Assembly (NCBI GenBank): GCA_964016885.1
Contig: OZ024749.1
Span: 51,832,001 to 51,896,000 of the forward strand
Reading direction: 5' to 3'
DNA from: Eledone cirrhosa
Lineage: Eukaryota
Length of the DNA: 64,000 nt
Under the pieces are notes generated by a model, which was given only the letters and a program-made list of their open reading frames with translations, ran no database searches and was not told the DNA's origin. Made by a program: the position numbers and the translations under genes. Position 1 is the stretch's first letter. Every line of letters begins with the position of its first letter. Positions 32,075 through 63,287 of the stretch are shown here, piece by piece.

Positions 32075-33465
32075 ATCTTGAAAGTTTGAACTGGAACAAA
32101 CATTTAAGCAACTTATATCTTTGTCGTTACCTCAGGACACTCCTGATTAAACAGACATAGGACCAATACAATATATTGTGCTTCATGTGTACATTGAGGT
32201 AGATTTAACTATTACAACTAACAGGCTGAATGGTTGTGTAGAGAGGCCCCATTCATTGGTATGTTATGTTTGTTTGTTTTTCTTTGTTGTTTGATTTTTG
32301 TTCTTTTCACCAATAGATTTTTCATCATGGCTCCTATGAAGAAATAAATGTTTTAACTAGTCAAACGAAGAAAACCTCATAATCTCTCATTTTATTTGAA
32401 ACGTTTTTATTTTTTTTTTCCATTTTTTAAACTCAATTTTGAACAGCCAAATAAAAAATTTAGTAAAAAGGATGAAAAAGAAACATTAGATGATGGGGGG
32501 AATTAAAATGGCTGATTTTCATCAAACCATTGATATTCGTGCCATGGTATTCGTGGTCATGAAACTTGGGTAATGACCGAAAGAATATGATCGCAAATTC
32601 AAGCGACTGAAATGGGGTTCCTCCAAAGGGTCTTTGGAGTAACATTACTCGATAGAGTGTGTAGCTCGGAGATCAAATAGAGCCACTACTTCTCTGAATT
32701 GAGCGATCATAGGGGTATCATCATCATGGGTATCATCATCATCATCATCATCACCATTTACATCTGCTTTTCCCTGCTTGCAAGGGTTGGATGGGTCCTA
32801 TTCAGCACAGCATCTCTCCAGATTTTACGGGCAAAACCAACTAGCAAGAGACCCAAGGGTAGACTCATCTCGAATAAGATGGTTGGATGAATTCCATGAG
32901 CATAGCTGGTCTCACTTGGGAGACGGTGGCTTTTGACAGGACCTGCTGAAAGGAGTGTTTGAGGATTCTACCCTCTCAACGGCATTCCCAGGAATACATG
33001 AAAGAAGGTTTCATATACTACAATAATTACGTCAACTTTAGTTTCTGTGCATTTTATATGTTTTGTATTATTAGTTTATCATTCACATCAAACAACGGCA
33101 GTTTTAAGTTTTTATTTATTTTATATTAAAAAAAAAAAGCTAAAATCTTTCAAAGCCCAAAATGTTTTCTTTGTTGTTTTTGTTTTTGTTGTTGTAGTTG
33201 CTATTGTTGTTGTTTTTATTGGTGGTGATACCGTTGATATTGTTGTTGTTTTTGTTGCTATTGTCATTGTTGTTGATGTTGTAGTTTTTATTGTTATTGC
33301 TGCTGTTGCTATTGCTGCTGTTGTTTTTGTTGTTGTTGATGATGATGATGATGGTGAGGTTGATGATATCGTTTTTCAATACTTTTATTTTTTTGTTATT
33401 GTTGCTGTTGGTGTTATTGATGTTGTTGTTGTTGTTGTTGTAAGTGTTACTTCTTTCTTAATATT

Positions 33466-51712
<18,247 letters not shown>

Positions 51713-53330
51713 TTTGTTCTACAAAAGAGATAGAAATGTTTTTAAAAAATGAAAGACTGCATTTATATTTTGTAGTTGCAATAGTAAATCTGTACATTAA
51801 CATAATATCCAGATATAAGGTCATTCTTCTTCTTCACCCACTTATTCCTGGAAGGGTTGTTGGGAGGGCAGAGTCCTTCTATAACCATCTGTTGTCGCTA
51901 AAGTAAAGAAATTTTGATGAATTGCCATAAAAGTAACATTACTTTTTTTTAAATATTGTTCTGGTAAAGATTTGATGTCTCTAAAGTAGATTGTATCATC
52001 ATCATCATCATTTAACATCCATTTTTCCTGCTAGTAAGAGTTGGACATGTCCTCACAGACTGGTCAGTACTTAAGCAAATGAAGCCTCTAGACTCCAGGT
52101 GGGCTAGGGGAACTTTGTTTATACACTGCATCATGCAGAATCTCACTGAGAATTTCATTAAAGTTACACATATCTGTGGAATGCTTAGCCACTTACACCA
52201 TGTTAGAGCAGGCAGTAATGTTGATTAAACAGCTGGAGCCCTCCTTGTTGAAACTGATGAAGGTCTTATTTAAAAAATCTGAATATATCAGACAAAACCT
52301 TTGATGAGTTGTAGTGCACCTGAGCATTGTTCACAATAATTTTCATTATTATTATATAAAACTGTTGCTCATTTATAAGATTCTGTTTGTTATATTATGA
52401 CATCTTTATACTTAAAGACCATTTGATTAAATAAAATATGCTATATTGAATAAGTAAAGAGACCTAGATAAATATTGCTGAAATTTCTTAAGACATAATG
52501 AAAATTTAGAGGAATACTTTTTGTTGTGAAAGCAATGGTAAGAAAATCTCAGGAGAGCTGGACAGCAGAAGGTCTTCAGAGAAGAACCCCCCACATATAT
52601 GCACACCTCAAGGTTGTGTGTGGGGGGGGGGGGGGGGCATATCCAGGTTATGATACCTGTATGGTACTCGGGAGTAAACAGAAATGTCAGCAACCCAAAG
52701 AAAGGGCTTGATGATTTATATCCCTCAACCAACATCACGCTGTGTTTAAAATGTCTAGTTATTAGGTATTGCAGAGAGACACTGCTTCTCACTGAGGAAT
52801 GTTGTATGAAACCATCCTCACCATCCTCTGGGACAATGTCTTCTCCATCCTGTCTGCCAGGACCCCAACAAAGACTGACCCTTAAGTTTCATCTATGGTG
52901 GTGGGATCATAGGAAGTAGATTTACTTGCATTTTATTATATTTTCTCCTTTTCTGGAAGAAATCTGCTGTGTTCAGACCTAGAGGGAAGGGATTAAAAAT
53001 GCCCAATAAACACCATATGTGACTACGACACCTCTATGACCCTTTCAGAAGTTACGTACCATACCGTACAATTCCTTAGAATGGGGAAAAAAACATTCAA
53101 TTTTGTATTTTATTACTTCATATTCCACTACATCTTCCAGCTGATAGGCTGTTTTTGTTCTATGAGGAAAAAGTTGCTATAAATTTGTATTCTGTTTTGA
53201 ATTAAAGACATTATATATACTTAATCTTCTTCTTCACCCACTTATTCCTGAGAGGGTCGTGGGGGAAGAGTCCTCAATATGTAGTAATTCTTTTTTTTTT
53301 TTTTAATTCTGAGACTGAAAGATTTTGTCC

Positions 53331-53420
53331 ACTTACCTTATAGAAAGATTATCTGGTGGAAATAATAGAAAAGCAATAAACCGTTCCAGCTTTTCACAAA
53401 AGTATTGTGAAAACTAAGTT
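53331..53420 (-). other. Candidate 5' UTR exon of the SLC5 gene
   Basis: Minus-strand AAG|GTAAGT donor at 53336; coding exon 1 is preceded by an acceptor. Confidence 0.3.
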
Positions 53421-53709
53421 ATAATTAAGTGTTGTTATATTTCAAATAATAATGTTATGTATCGCAATGTACTGATAAGCTGAAATCAAGAATTCCCAAA
53501 TAGAAAAAGGTTCATAAATATTTAGTAAAAAAATTAGTATTTTACACAAGCATGGCTCATAGCCCTACCTACCCACATCACACAACCCTACCTCACACAC
53601 ACCCCACAACTCTGTCAATGCATGTTAATACTGCATTACATTATCTATGAAGTACAATCTCTCTCTTTCTCTCTCTCTCTCTTCCTCTTTCTCTTCCTCT
53701 CTCTCTCTC

Positions 53710-53773
<64 letters not shown>

Positions 53774-56700
53774 CGTAACTACTGAGGGAGTCGTAAGGCC
53801 GCCATATTGACATACAGCATTTCTAGGGTATTTTTGAAAACCTGATTCAACCCATCTCCTCTCTCCAGGTCTGAATACAGCAGATTTCTTCCACAGAAGG
53901 AGAGAGAGTGAGAAAATGGACATGAAAAAGAGATAGAAAGGAAGAATCAACCCCAGTACTTTTTTTATTGACGTCATATGGATGAAAGGCAAAGTTGACC
54001 TCGGCAGGATTTGAACTAAGAATGTAAAGAGACGAAACAAATACTGCAAAGCATTCTGTCTGGAAAGCCATCTCTGCCAAGAAATACCGAAAATATTGGG
54101 CAGTGGTGGTGAGAGCAGACCTCAGATCACTGAAACTCACGGAGGAGATGACGAAGGACCATGACAAGTGGAGAAATGCTGGGCTGAATAGGACCCATCC
54201 CACCCTTGCAAGCAGGGAAAAGCGGACGTAAAATGATGATGATGATGATTGCTGACTGGGAAGCATTACGTTGTGGCATAAGTGGTGGTGATGTTGTAAA
54301 TGGTGGTGGTGGTGGTGGTGGTCATCATCATCGTCGCAGTTGAAGCAGTAGTGGTGGTGTTCGCTATGGTGGCAGTTGTGATGATGATGATGATGATAAT
54401 GTTTGTCATGCTGCTGCTGCTGTTGAATCTCCCTTGACCAATTCTGAACCTTTTCCTTTATCCAATGAAATATACAAGTATCAGTGGAAAAGTTCATAGT
54501 CTGACCAAGATACTCTCATGGAATGACCAAATGAGGTTTATTTTTCAACATAGTCCCTGAAAAGAAACAATGCAGTTATTAATAAGAAGAGTTGAAATTA
54601 ATAAATGCAAGATTCCACAGCTCTAGCATCACTCCTTCATAGTCAGTCTATGAACTTTTCAGTCGACCTTTGTAAAGCATAAACTACCTGATTCAGAAAC
54701 TTTCTCGGGGTCAGCAAATGTAAATGAGACTTATATATTTTTTTATCTAATACATTTATCAAGTAGTTTCGAATAAATCCAAACTAAATTATATATACAA
54801 CCTAATTAACTTTTACTAATTTCTGTCTAAATATTTAAAAGATTTCCATAGTTTTGTCCTTTAATTCAAGTTGCCAGTAGTTAACCATTTCTAGGCCATC
54901 ACCTTTAATATTGTAGTTATTCATAATGATGTGCTGTGATCCTATTCTTGAGCAAAACACTTCATTTCACATTGTTCCAGTATACTCAACTGAAAATAAG
55001 CTCCAGCAATAGCTGGGGAGTTTAACCCTGCAATGAACTGGTGTCCTGTCCAGGGGCCAGTGTTGTACCCTCATTTGCTTCACACCACAGAAACATGGAT
55101 AAGTACCTGCCTGATGACACTCTTGGCTTGATACAGTCTTTAACCCTGTGATGGACTGGCATCCTGTCCAACTGGCAATCTTGTACTCCCAGTCACTTCA
55201 CTCCATGAAAACCGGGAAAAACACCGTCTTGATGAGTCACTAGATTTGAGACAGACTTTAGACATAAAGACATCACTAAACAAGTAACATGAGAGATGAT
55301 ATCAAGCAAGAGGAGCCAAGCTGATAGGGATGGAGGCAGGGTTGTGTTCACGAGTGATGGAAGGCAGGAGACTGAATTTAATATTCAAGAAGAATTGCAG
55401 GAGCTGATTCAGTAATGCACCAGCTTCAGCAACATAGTCTTATTGATTACATAAATTGTATCTTCCAGATATTAATTCCTTCAACAGAAAAATAAGACAT
55501 TTTCCAAATATTTCCATTTGTAAGTTTGCAGAAAAACTAAGTGAACTTCACATTGTATATAAAAAAAATAGAAAATTTGAAAAAAAACTGAAAGAGAGTT
55601 CAAAATGTTATCAGAATGGTAAATAATCTATCATACATGCCTTATCTTTGGCATGCTGGTTGATTATTGATATAACCTTTTTCTCATCCATGAAATAAAC
55701 TATATTTTTATATTGATAAGAACCGGTATATTTTTGTGCTAATACTGTATGATATAATTTCAAACAACTCCCACATAATTTGTAGTTGTAGACACTTTTT
55801 ATGTCAGGGGGCAGAGTCCTCAGATACTTCTTCCAGTGGGTCCTGTCAGAAGCAACCATCTCCAACTGGTCCAGCTGAATACCCAAGCGAGATTAGCCAA
55901 GTTCGTGGATGTAATCCAACAATCTTGGAACACTCATCTATCTTTCAAATTTATATGTTGAGAATCAAGAGAAATGTTCTGCCTATTTCTCTAACACAAA
56001 CTGACAGCACACTTGTGAAAATAAGAAGTGTGGGTTCGATTCCCACATATGCTGAGACCCATTTTTTTCTGTTATTTGGCTTACTTAGACTTAGACTAAG
56101 AAGCTCCCATGTCTTGAAACACATGAGGCAACCAAAGTGCTCCAATGACCAACAGTCAATTGCATCTATCAATACATCCAATGTCTTGAGACACATCAAG
56201 CAACCAAAGGTATGGTATGGTCCTGTCCCATAATTCCTGAGGGAATCATTGGAGCGCTGTATTGACATATGACATTTCTAGGGCATTTTGATTTTTAAAC
56301 CTAGCAAAACCCTTCTCCTTTCTAGGTTTAAATACAGCAGATTTCTTCCAGAGAGGAAGTGAGAAAGAGATAAAGAGGAAGAATCAACCCTAGTACTAGA
56401 CTGGTACTTTTTTTATGGACCTTGAATGGATGAAAGGTAAAGTTGACCTCGATGGGATTTGAACTCAAAGAGCAGAGAACCGAAACAAATACTGCAAAGC
56501 ATTCTATCCAACTTTCTAACAACTGCCAATTCACCACCTAGAACTCTACTGCTCAGTCTAAAAACTATCAAACAATTATTTTTTCTATCCTGTGAGATTT
56601 GAGACGTTTAGTGGATTTGGGCTGCTGACAGCAAAGTTCTTGTCATCGTTGGCAGCTAGCCTTACTGAGGTGTCAGGTGATGTCTGTGAGGGTGCTTGGT

Positions 56701-57555
56701 TGTTCCAGCCTCGCTATCACCGGTTGCTAGTGTGTTGGCTTGCCTCAAACATTTCCTTTGACCTTTGTGATGTGATGTGTGACCAATTATCGCACTTGTT
56801 CATGAATTGATGGTCGTTTTTGTATCCCTTTTTTTTTCTTTCTCAATTAGATAATATATTTTATTGCGTTATATTTGTGAGGTTCCTAGCAGTAATTAAT
56901 TGTATTTATTATATATGTTTATATGTGTGTTTATATTGTGTGTTTATATTTTCATTCTGAAATAATTGTGAACAATTTGTAATGTTATTTATAGAACTGT
57001 AAATAAAATAATTTTCATCTAAAAACTGTTTATTTAAAACCAATTATCCAAACGTTTCTATTAACTACAATAGAATCAAAACAGTATTATAAGAATACAG
57101 ATTTTAAATAATACTTCACTACCTTGAAATCATTCAAGTTTATAGAGTTTTTTGTTTGTTTGTTTTGGTTTAGTTTTCATAACTTTTTTTAATTAGTAAC
57201 GTTCTTCTTTTTTTTTTTTCTTTTGCCGTATATAATTTATTTCGAACTCAAATTTTTTTATTTTAAAAAGTGAAAAATAAAAGGAATTATATTTTCCTTT
57301 TTTTTTTATTATAATTTTTACCTTCAAGTTATTTGGGATTTTCAAAACTTATTTCACTTTTTTTTTTTTTTATTTACCTGACTTTACAGGTTTTACAGGT
57401 GTGCTATTTGAAATAATACAACAAACTTATCTCCCTTCTTATTGTCCCATTTCTTCAGGTGTGATTAATGGTTGACATACAATACAAATAATGAAGTAAA
57501 CACTTGTAGTGTTAATATTGTTCAGTATAAACGGTTATTTTAAATATATATCAAA

Positions 57556-57628
57556 ATGTTTCTAACACACGTTAAGAAAACTTATCAATTACTAATACTG
57601 GCCATTGGATTTTTAAATTTTTCTGAAG
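57556..57628 (+). CDS. CUB-LU exon 1 (signal peptide MFLTHVKKTYQLLILAIGFLNFSE)
   Basis: AAAATG context, hydrophobic core, GTATG donor phase 1. Confidence 0.72.
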
Positions 57629-59715
57629 GTATGTTTCAAGATTTACCTGTCTTTTTTTATTGTTTGTTTGGGAAAATCTAGATCAGATCGACACAAACTG
57701 ACGAATTGATTGTTTTCATTCTTTTTTTTTAATAAAAACTTCATTTGAATTTGGTTAATTTATACATAACCAATACTTCTTTAAAAGTATTGAAAAGTGA
57801 ATACATAATAAACACACATACATATACCTATATATTCTATTTATTATGCTGTAGTATATTTTTAGTTTATTAATGTGTATGTATATGTGTGTGTCCGGAC
57901 AAGGGCGGAGTTTTAATACAATGGCAGTTTCTTTTTAAGGCTTGGTGCCTATAGTAGAAATCATGATTAAGGCATGTCCATGCTCGTTTTTTAGTCGTAT
58001 TTCATACCAATTATCAATTCTAAAATAGGCTAGACAGTTTAAATAAGTTCATGATTTGAAGGAACTGACACAATTCGAAGATGTACTCTCGGGTCCCAAA
58101 TAATGGGGGTAGGTGCAGTTGGAATAAGCGGGGGAGTTATAATAAACAGGGAGTTGGAATTAGTGGGTGGGGGACGATTATTCGAGATCCGTGAGTATGA
58201 AATGAATCGATTCTTGTGGGTCGATCAAGTGTCGAAACTTGCTGTATTTATCATGAGTGAATACTCGCCACACGAATTGAACCTAATTCACAAGGCACTT
58301 TTCTTCTTTGGATTTTTTTTATTGGAAAGGGAAAGAAATTCTTCATATTTTCATAATTTGTATATGTATGACTTATTTTAGTATTGATCATTCATTTGTA
58401 TTGTTAATATTGTTCATATAAAATGAAAACAAAGGGAGTGGCAGCAGAAACAAAAACGAAAACGTCCATCAATTCACCACCAAGTACGACAATCTGCCGC
58501 ACATCATATAAGGGTTAACGGAACACTTTGAGGCAAGCCAACCTCTCGCAACATTACCACGGGTAGTGGTGGAACTAAGGCGCTGAAACAACCATTTTAT
58601 CTATTTGTACAACTATTATACAACTGTGAATAAAGAATTTCTAAGTTTGAAGTTGAAAGAAATAGCTACACGCATATCTGACCAGCAAATCCATTTTACG
58701 AATAGTTAAAAGCCCCCCCAAAAAATTATAAAATCTCCCTCCTTTTCTTTCATTGCTTCATTCTTTATTTCTTTTTCTTCTTTTCATTTCATTATTTATT
58801 ACTATTGTTTTCTGTTCCCTTTAGCGGTGTGTTATTGTCTATAGCCTGTTGCATTGCATATGTAAACAGGTAAGGCAGAAGAGTGTCTCCTTGTAGTACC
58901 CTTTGTCTTTGTAAAATAAAATAACTTAATAGTGTGATTATCACATTTTAAAAAATGGACCTGAGTCAATATCCCTTCAATTCCTGAGCCACTTGGATTG
59001 TCTTGGGTCGATGGGAAGAGGCCTCATCAAGACTGGGTTAAGTCGTTTGAGTCTGTAAGGACTTGAAACATTATGGATCATATTGGATCACTGACAATGA
59101 AGTGTTTGTCATCGTCACTCATCTTATCTTACTGAAGTATTCCGGTGATGCTTGGCTGTTCCAGTTCCAGCACCTCAGACACGCTATCATGTGTAGTAAC
59201 ACCTTGAGTGTTTTGAGTTGCCTCAAAAACTTTTAGAGGGCAACACCTATTGTTGATGTTGTAGTTGTTGTTGCTTACTACTGGAAGACATCTTTAGAGA
59301 GCAACACCAATTGTTGTTGTTATTGTTGTTGATGTTATTGATGTTTACTACTGGAAGACCCCTTTAGAGGGCAACAGCAATTGTTGTTTACTAATGGAAG
59401 CCATTTTTATTTTCTTCTGTCTTCTAGCTGACTTCATTGTGATGCCTGAAATTTGTTCCAGAGAAATGAGCATAAGAGTTGAACAGATGAAATATGACTT
59501 TGAATCTGTAATTGTAGCTCATAATAAAAAAGATAGTGAAATACATTACTCCCAATGTGACAGTGTTCTTACTATAATAGGAATTGATAACTATCAGTTT
59601 GATTTTGAACTCCAATCACTTGACATCCGTCCTCCTCATGATGGTCGCTGTATTGATTCCTTAAAATTTTTTAATGGTAAATATTTTGTTTTTTATATGT
59701 TTCTGAATTACATGA

Positions 59716-59753
<38 letters not shown>

Positions 59754-61821
59754 ATATATATCAAGTGAATATTAAGACAGAAGTTACATAATCATAATTA
59801 TTGTTATACGTATTTCTGTGACACCGACATGGAGCTGTTGTTAAATTTAACAGCGACCTGCACCAGTGTGACATCATCAGATGTTAACATAAATATTGCT
59901 AGTGGGTTGATATGTTGTTGGCTAACGCAAACCTAACCCTTTAGCATTTAAACTGGCCATATCTGGCCAGAATTCTCTCACCTCTTTCTGTTCATACTGA
60001 CTGTAACCAGCTGCTCACACTTATGTTAGGGTATTATTCTCCTTTACCATGAAAATACAATAGTAAATATAGGGTAGTTAAATGCTAAATGGCTAACACT
60101 AATTTATTTATTTCAATGCTTTTTCCTCATATATTTTGTTTTATCAAAACAGGGCCTCGGGTTGACAATGCCAACATTCTGACACCAATGGGTGGACTTT
60201 GTGGTAATTCATTGCCACCAAAGACATCTTTTAAAACCAGTCGTAACTACTTGACTGTTCGTTTCAAAATTGATAGTTACAATAATGAAAAATATGAGGG
60301 ATTTGCTATCAAAATTCAACAACATGAATGGAGCAGTCCTGTCAACTCCCATGGTGGAGGATTTAATCCTGGTGGTAAGTAACAAATATATTATATTTTT
60401 ATTTTGTATTTGATATAATCTAAGTCAGCTCTTGTGTAAAGAAGGGTAGTTTACTCTCCAGAGACCCAGATTTATACAGGACGTACTAAAAAGCAAACTT
60501 AGCACAGGCAAGAGATCATGTGACCAGGGCCGGATTTAATGGGGGGAGGGGCAAAGGAGACAATTGCCCCAGGCCCCCACCAGTGACAGCCGTAGCAATA
60601 TATTTGTGCCCTCAGCTGGGCTTTTTTGTTTTAGGATGATTAGAATTTTTGAATTTAATATCTGTATATATAACTTTTCAATTCCAATTTTTTATGGTTT
60701 AATATTTTTGTCAGACCAACATAAAGTTGAGTCAATCGATATAACATGAGGTTTATTTTTGTCATATAATATTAAGAAAACTGACGAGCTGAGGTGTACC
60801 TGTATTTTTATTTCTAATAGAGTTACTTTTCATTTCAGGATGGAATGATGGTGTCACATCTTTATTTCAATGGACATGGGATCTTCAAGTGAGAGTTCCT
60901 GGAAGTTCTTTACCTAGACCAGGTCAAGATCTAGAGAAAAGCCGTAAAGGCATCGAATGTGTTGAATGTACAAGCTGTACCCTTAGAGATTTTGATTGGG
61001 ATCGAGATGTTTTCACTCTTGCTAGTGGTTGCTACGTTTGTGCCAAACAATGGGATATATGTAAGTTCTAAATGTCTTAATCTTACCATATTCTGTATAT
61101 TTCAACATGATATTTCAGGGCTATTGGGCAGCATGGAAGTTTTAAAGGCTGCAGTGTCCCAACAGCTAACAACTGATGTAGGTAGTTTGTATGGTATTTT
61201 ATGGTATTTTATCAATTATGTCATTTACCATCCTTAAAGTACTTATAGTTTTAATATTTTAAAATAATTATTTCTACTTTAAATTCACTATTTTCCATTT
61301 GTCTTTTCAGCTTATAACACAGCCCAGCGAGCATGCTACTCACAACGATCCTATCTCAGTTTAATCCGCAGAATTAAAGGTAAGATATTATTAATTCAAC
61401 ATCACCATCATTTATCTTACATCCGGTTTCCATTCTGGAAAAGTTTGGGTAGATTGTCACAATCCAATACAGTTCTTATACAGAGTTATTGCTCTCCTAC
61501 ATATGTTAAGGACCATGTTTCACTAACATGTTCCAATTTTTGGCATATGTCAAAACAAAACAATCAATGTGTTCTTCCCTAACTGTTTTGTTTTGAACTG
61601 TTTTTGTTTTTACATTTGAAAAGAAGGTACTAGCCCTGAAATATTATATTGAAATATACTGGGTAAAAACATTACTTTGTTTTGTTTTATTTGTCATCCT
61701 TTGCCCTTTATATATTTCTACCACATTGTACTGGCTTTCTGAAACTTAGTCATTTATTATATAGCTCACAATGCTTCATTTATTATACTACTTAATATAT
61801 ATATACATATCTTTCTCTGTA

Positions 61822-61863
<42 letters not shown>

Positions 61864-63287
61864 AAAGGTAAACAGAAATAACAACACAATCGGTACAGTA
61901 TATGGAAGGTTTAGATTAAGTTAACGCTTGATATAGCAGGAAGAGGGTCTTAACATTTCGGACGCTAGTCCTTCATCAGAAGAAAGAATGGGAAATAAAA
62001 TAGATTAAGGGGACGGGCGGGATGGAATTGGAAAAAATGTCTTTAGATAAAAATAACAGGTCCATTCATGTTGACATCTCTTATATATATATATAATAAT
62101 TGTTTCTACTTTAGGCACAAGGCCAGCAATTACCCAGTGCATTACTGGTACTTTATTTTATCGACCCCGTAAGGGTGAAAGGCAAAGTCAACCTCGGCGG
62201 GATTTGAACTCAGATTGTAAAGGGACGTAACTATGCTGGAAAGCATGGCGTCCGACCCTCTACCGATACTGCCAAAATAATAATAATACAAGGACGATTT
62301 GTTAAGCCTTCATTACGTTTATTGATTGGTGATGCGCGTTTCACTATTGATCAGCTCAAAGTTCGATCTGTATCGATCTGGCTCAACTCTGGAATCAAAA
62401 GCATGTCAGACCTCTGCTGTAGTAATGACAGAATGAATATATAAGACAATCAAAACAATATAAATTGATCAACTTATGAACGCGAAACGTTAGACATTTC
62501 TATACCTTATATATTCATTCTGTCATTACTTCAGCAGAAGTTTGACAGTCTTTTGATTCCAGAGTCGGGCCAGATCGATACAGATCGAACCTTGAGCTGA
62601 TCAATAGCGAAACACGCGTCACCAATCAATAAACGTAATGAAGGCTTAACAAATCATCCTTGTATATTACACTGTCTGGCTCAACACCTCGCCACTGACG
62701 TGAACCTAAACATTGAGTGCTCACCTGGGTTAACCTACAGTAACTTCATGTTACACTCCCTAGATATATATGTATATATGTGAAGGCACATGGCCTAGTG
62801 GTTAGAGCATTGGGCTTGCAATCGAATGGTTGTGGGTTCAATTCTCGGACCGGGTGATGTGTTTTTCCTTGAGCAAGACACTTTATTTCACGTTGCTCCA
62901 GTTTACTCAGCTGTAGAAATGAGATGATAGGACTGGGGTCCCTATCATTAAATCACCCAAGACACCTCCAACGAGATATACCTTGGAGGAGGCCAGCTAA
63001 ACTGCATAGGTGTGAGCTGTAACAACAACAACAACAAAATATATATATATCTTTCTTTATGTGTATATATTATATATAGCTATTTTCTTTTATTTTTAGA
63101 TCCATCAATTAATCTGGATGATCCTGTAACATCAGGGAAGATACTAGGATGTCATCGCTACAGTAATCCATATGGAGTTCAAATAAACTACTGTTTTTGT
63201 GATGAAAACCGTTGTAATAATTCCAGAAGAAATCTACCTTTGAACATATTGTTGTTGACTCTGGTTATACTTATACTGCAACTGTGA
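57556..63287 (+). CDS. Secreted CUB-domain + Ly6/uPAR (quiver/sleepless-like three-finger) protein, predicted GPI anchor, 340 aa, 6 coding exons
   Basis: Exons 57556-57628, 59428-59676, 60153-60374, 60839-61060, 61311-61379, 63100-63287; all GT-AG, all introns phase 1, total 1023 nt. Signal-like N-terminus. CUB motifs (4 Cys, C.DSL.FF.G, GLCG, S.N.LTVRF..D, EGF.I). 10 Cys with IECVECTSC start and CFCDENRCN end. Hydrophobic C-terminal tail. Confidence 0.88.
58830..58903 (-). mobile_element. Decayed LINE RT fragment
   Basis: Translates GVLQGDTLLPYLF. Confidence 0.55.
59428..59676 (+). CDS. CUB-LU exon 2 (CUB N-half)
   Basis: Polypyrimidine acceptor; F..LDI...C.DSL.FF.G. Confidence 0.9.
60153..60374 (+). 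CDS. CUB-LU exon 3 (CUB C-half)
   Basis: GLCGNSLP...TSRNYLTVRFKID...EGF. Confidence 0.92.
60839..61060 (+). CDS. CUB-LU exon 4 (linker and LU N-part)
   Basis: IECVECTSC...GCYVCAK; GT-AG. Confidence 0.9.
61311..61379 (+). CDS. CUB-LU exon 5 (SYNTAQRACYS...)
   Basis: R.C motif of the LU second finger; GT-AG. Confidence 0.88.
61948..61983 (-). ncRNA. Minimal type-I hammerhead ribozyme motif
   Basis: Minus strand reads UCUU CUGAUGA A GGAC UAGC GUCC GAAA UGUU AAGA. Confidence 0.58.
62100..62273 (-). mobile_element. SINE family A copy
   Basis: Near-identical to 34721-34906. Confidence 0.85.
62284..62668. repeat. About 160-bp imperfect inverted repeat in CUB-LU intron 5
   Basis: 62284-62445 is the reverse complement of 62504-62668; related sequence at 50895-51010. 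Confidence 0.85.
62782..62925 (+). mobile_element. tRNA-derived SINE, family B (CORE-like domain)
   Basis: TGGCCTAGTGGTTAG A-box, GGTTCAATTC B-box, CCTTGAGCAAGACACTT core; related copies near 850-955, 4470-4600, 6790-6985, 19770-19900, 26220-26510, 54940-55260. Confidence 0.8.
63100..63287 (+). CDS. CUB-LU exon 6 (CFCDENRCN and GPI signal)
   Basis: C.C....CN terminal LU motif followed by NNS and a hydrophobic tail. Confidence 0.92.

Noticed and set aside
55110-55140. CTGATGA motif as hammerhead
   Set aside because: Part of a SINE 3' region; no stem II-GAAA arrangement.
62782-62855. tRNA gene
   Set aside because: tRNA-derived SINE head continuing into a repeat core; no convincing cloverleaf.
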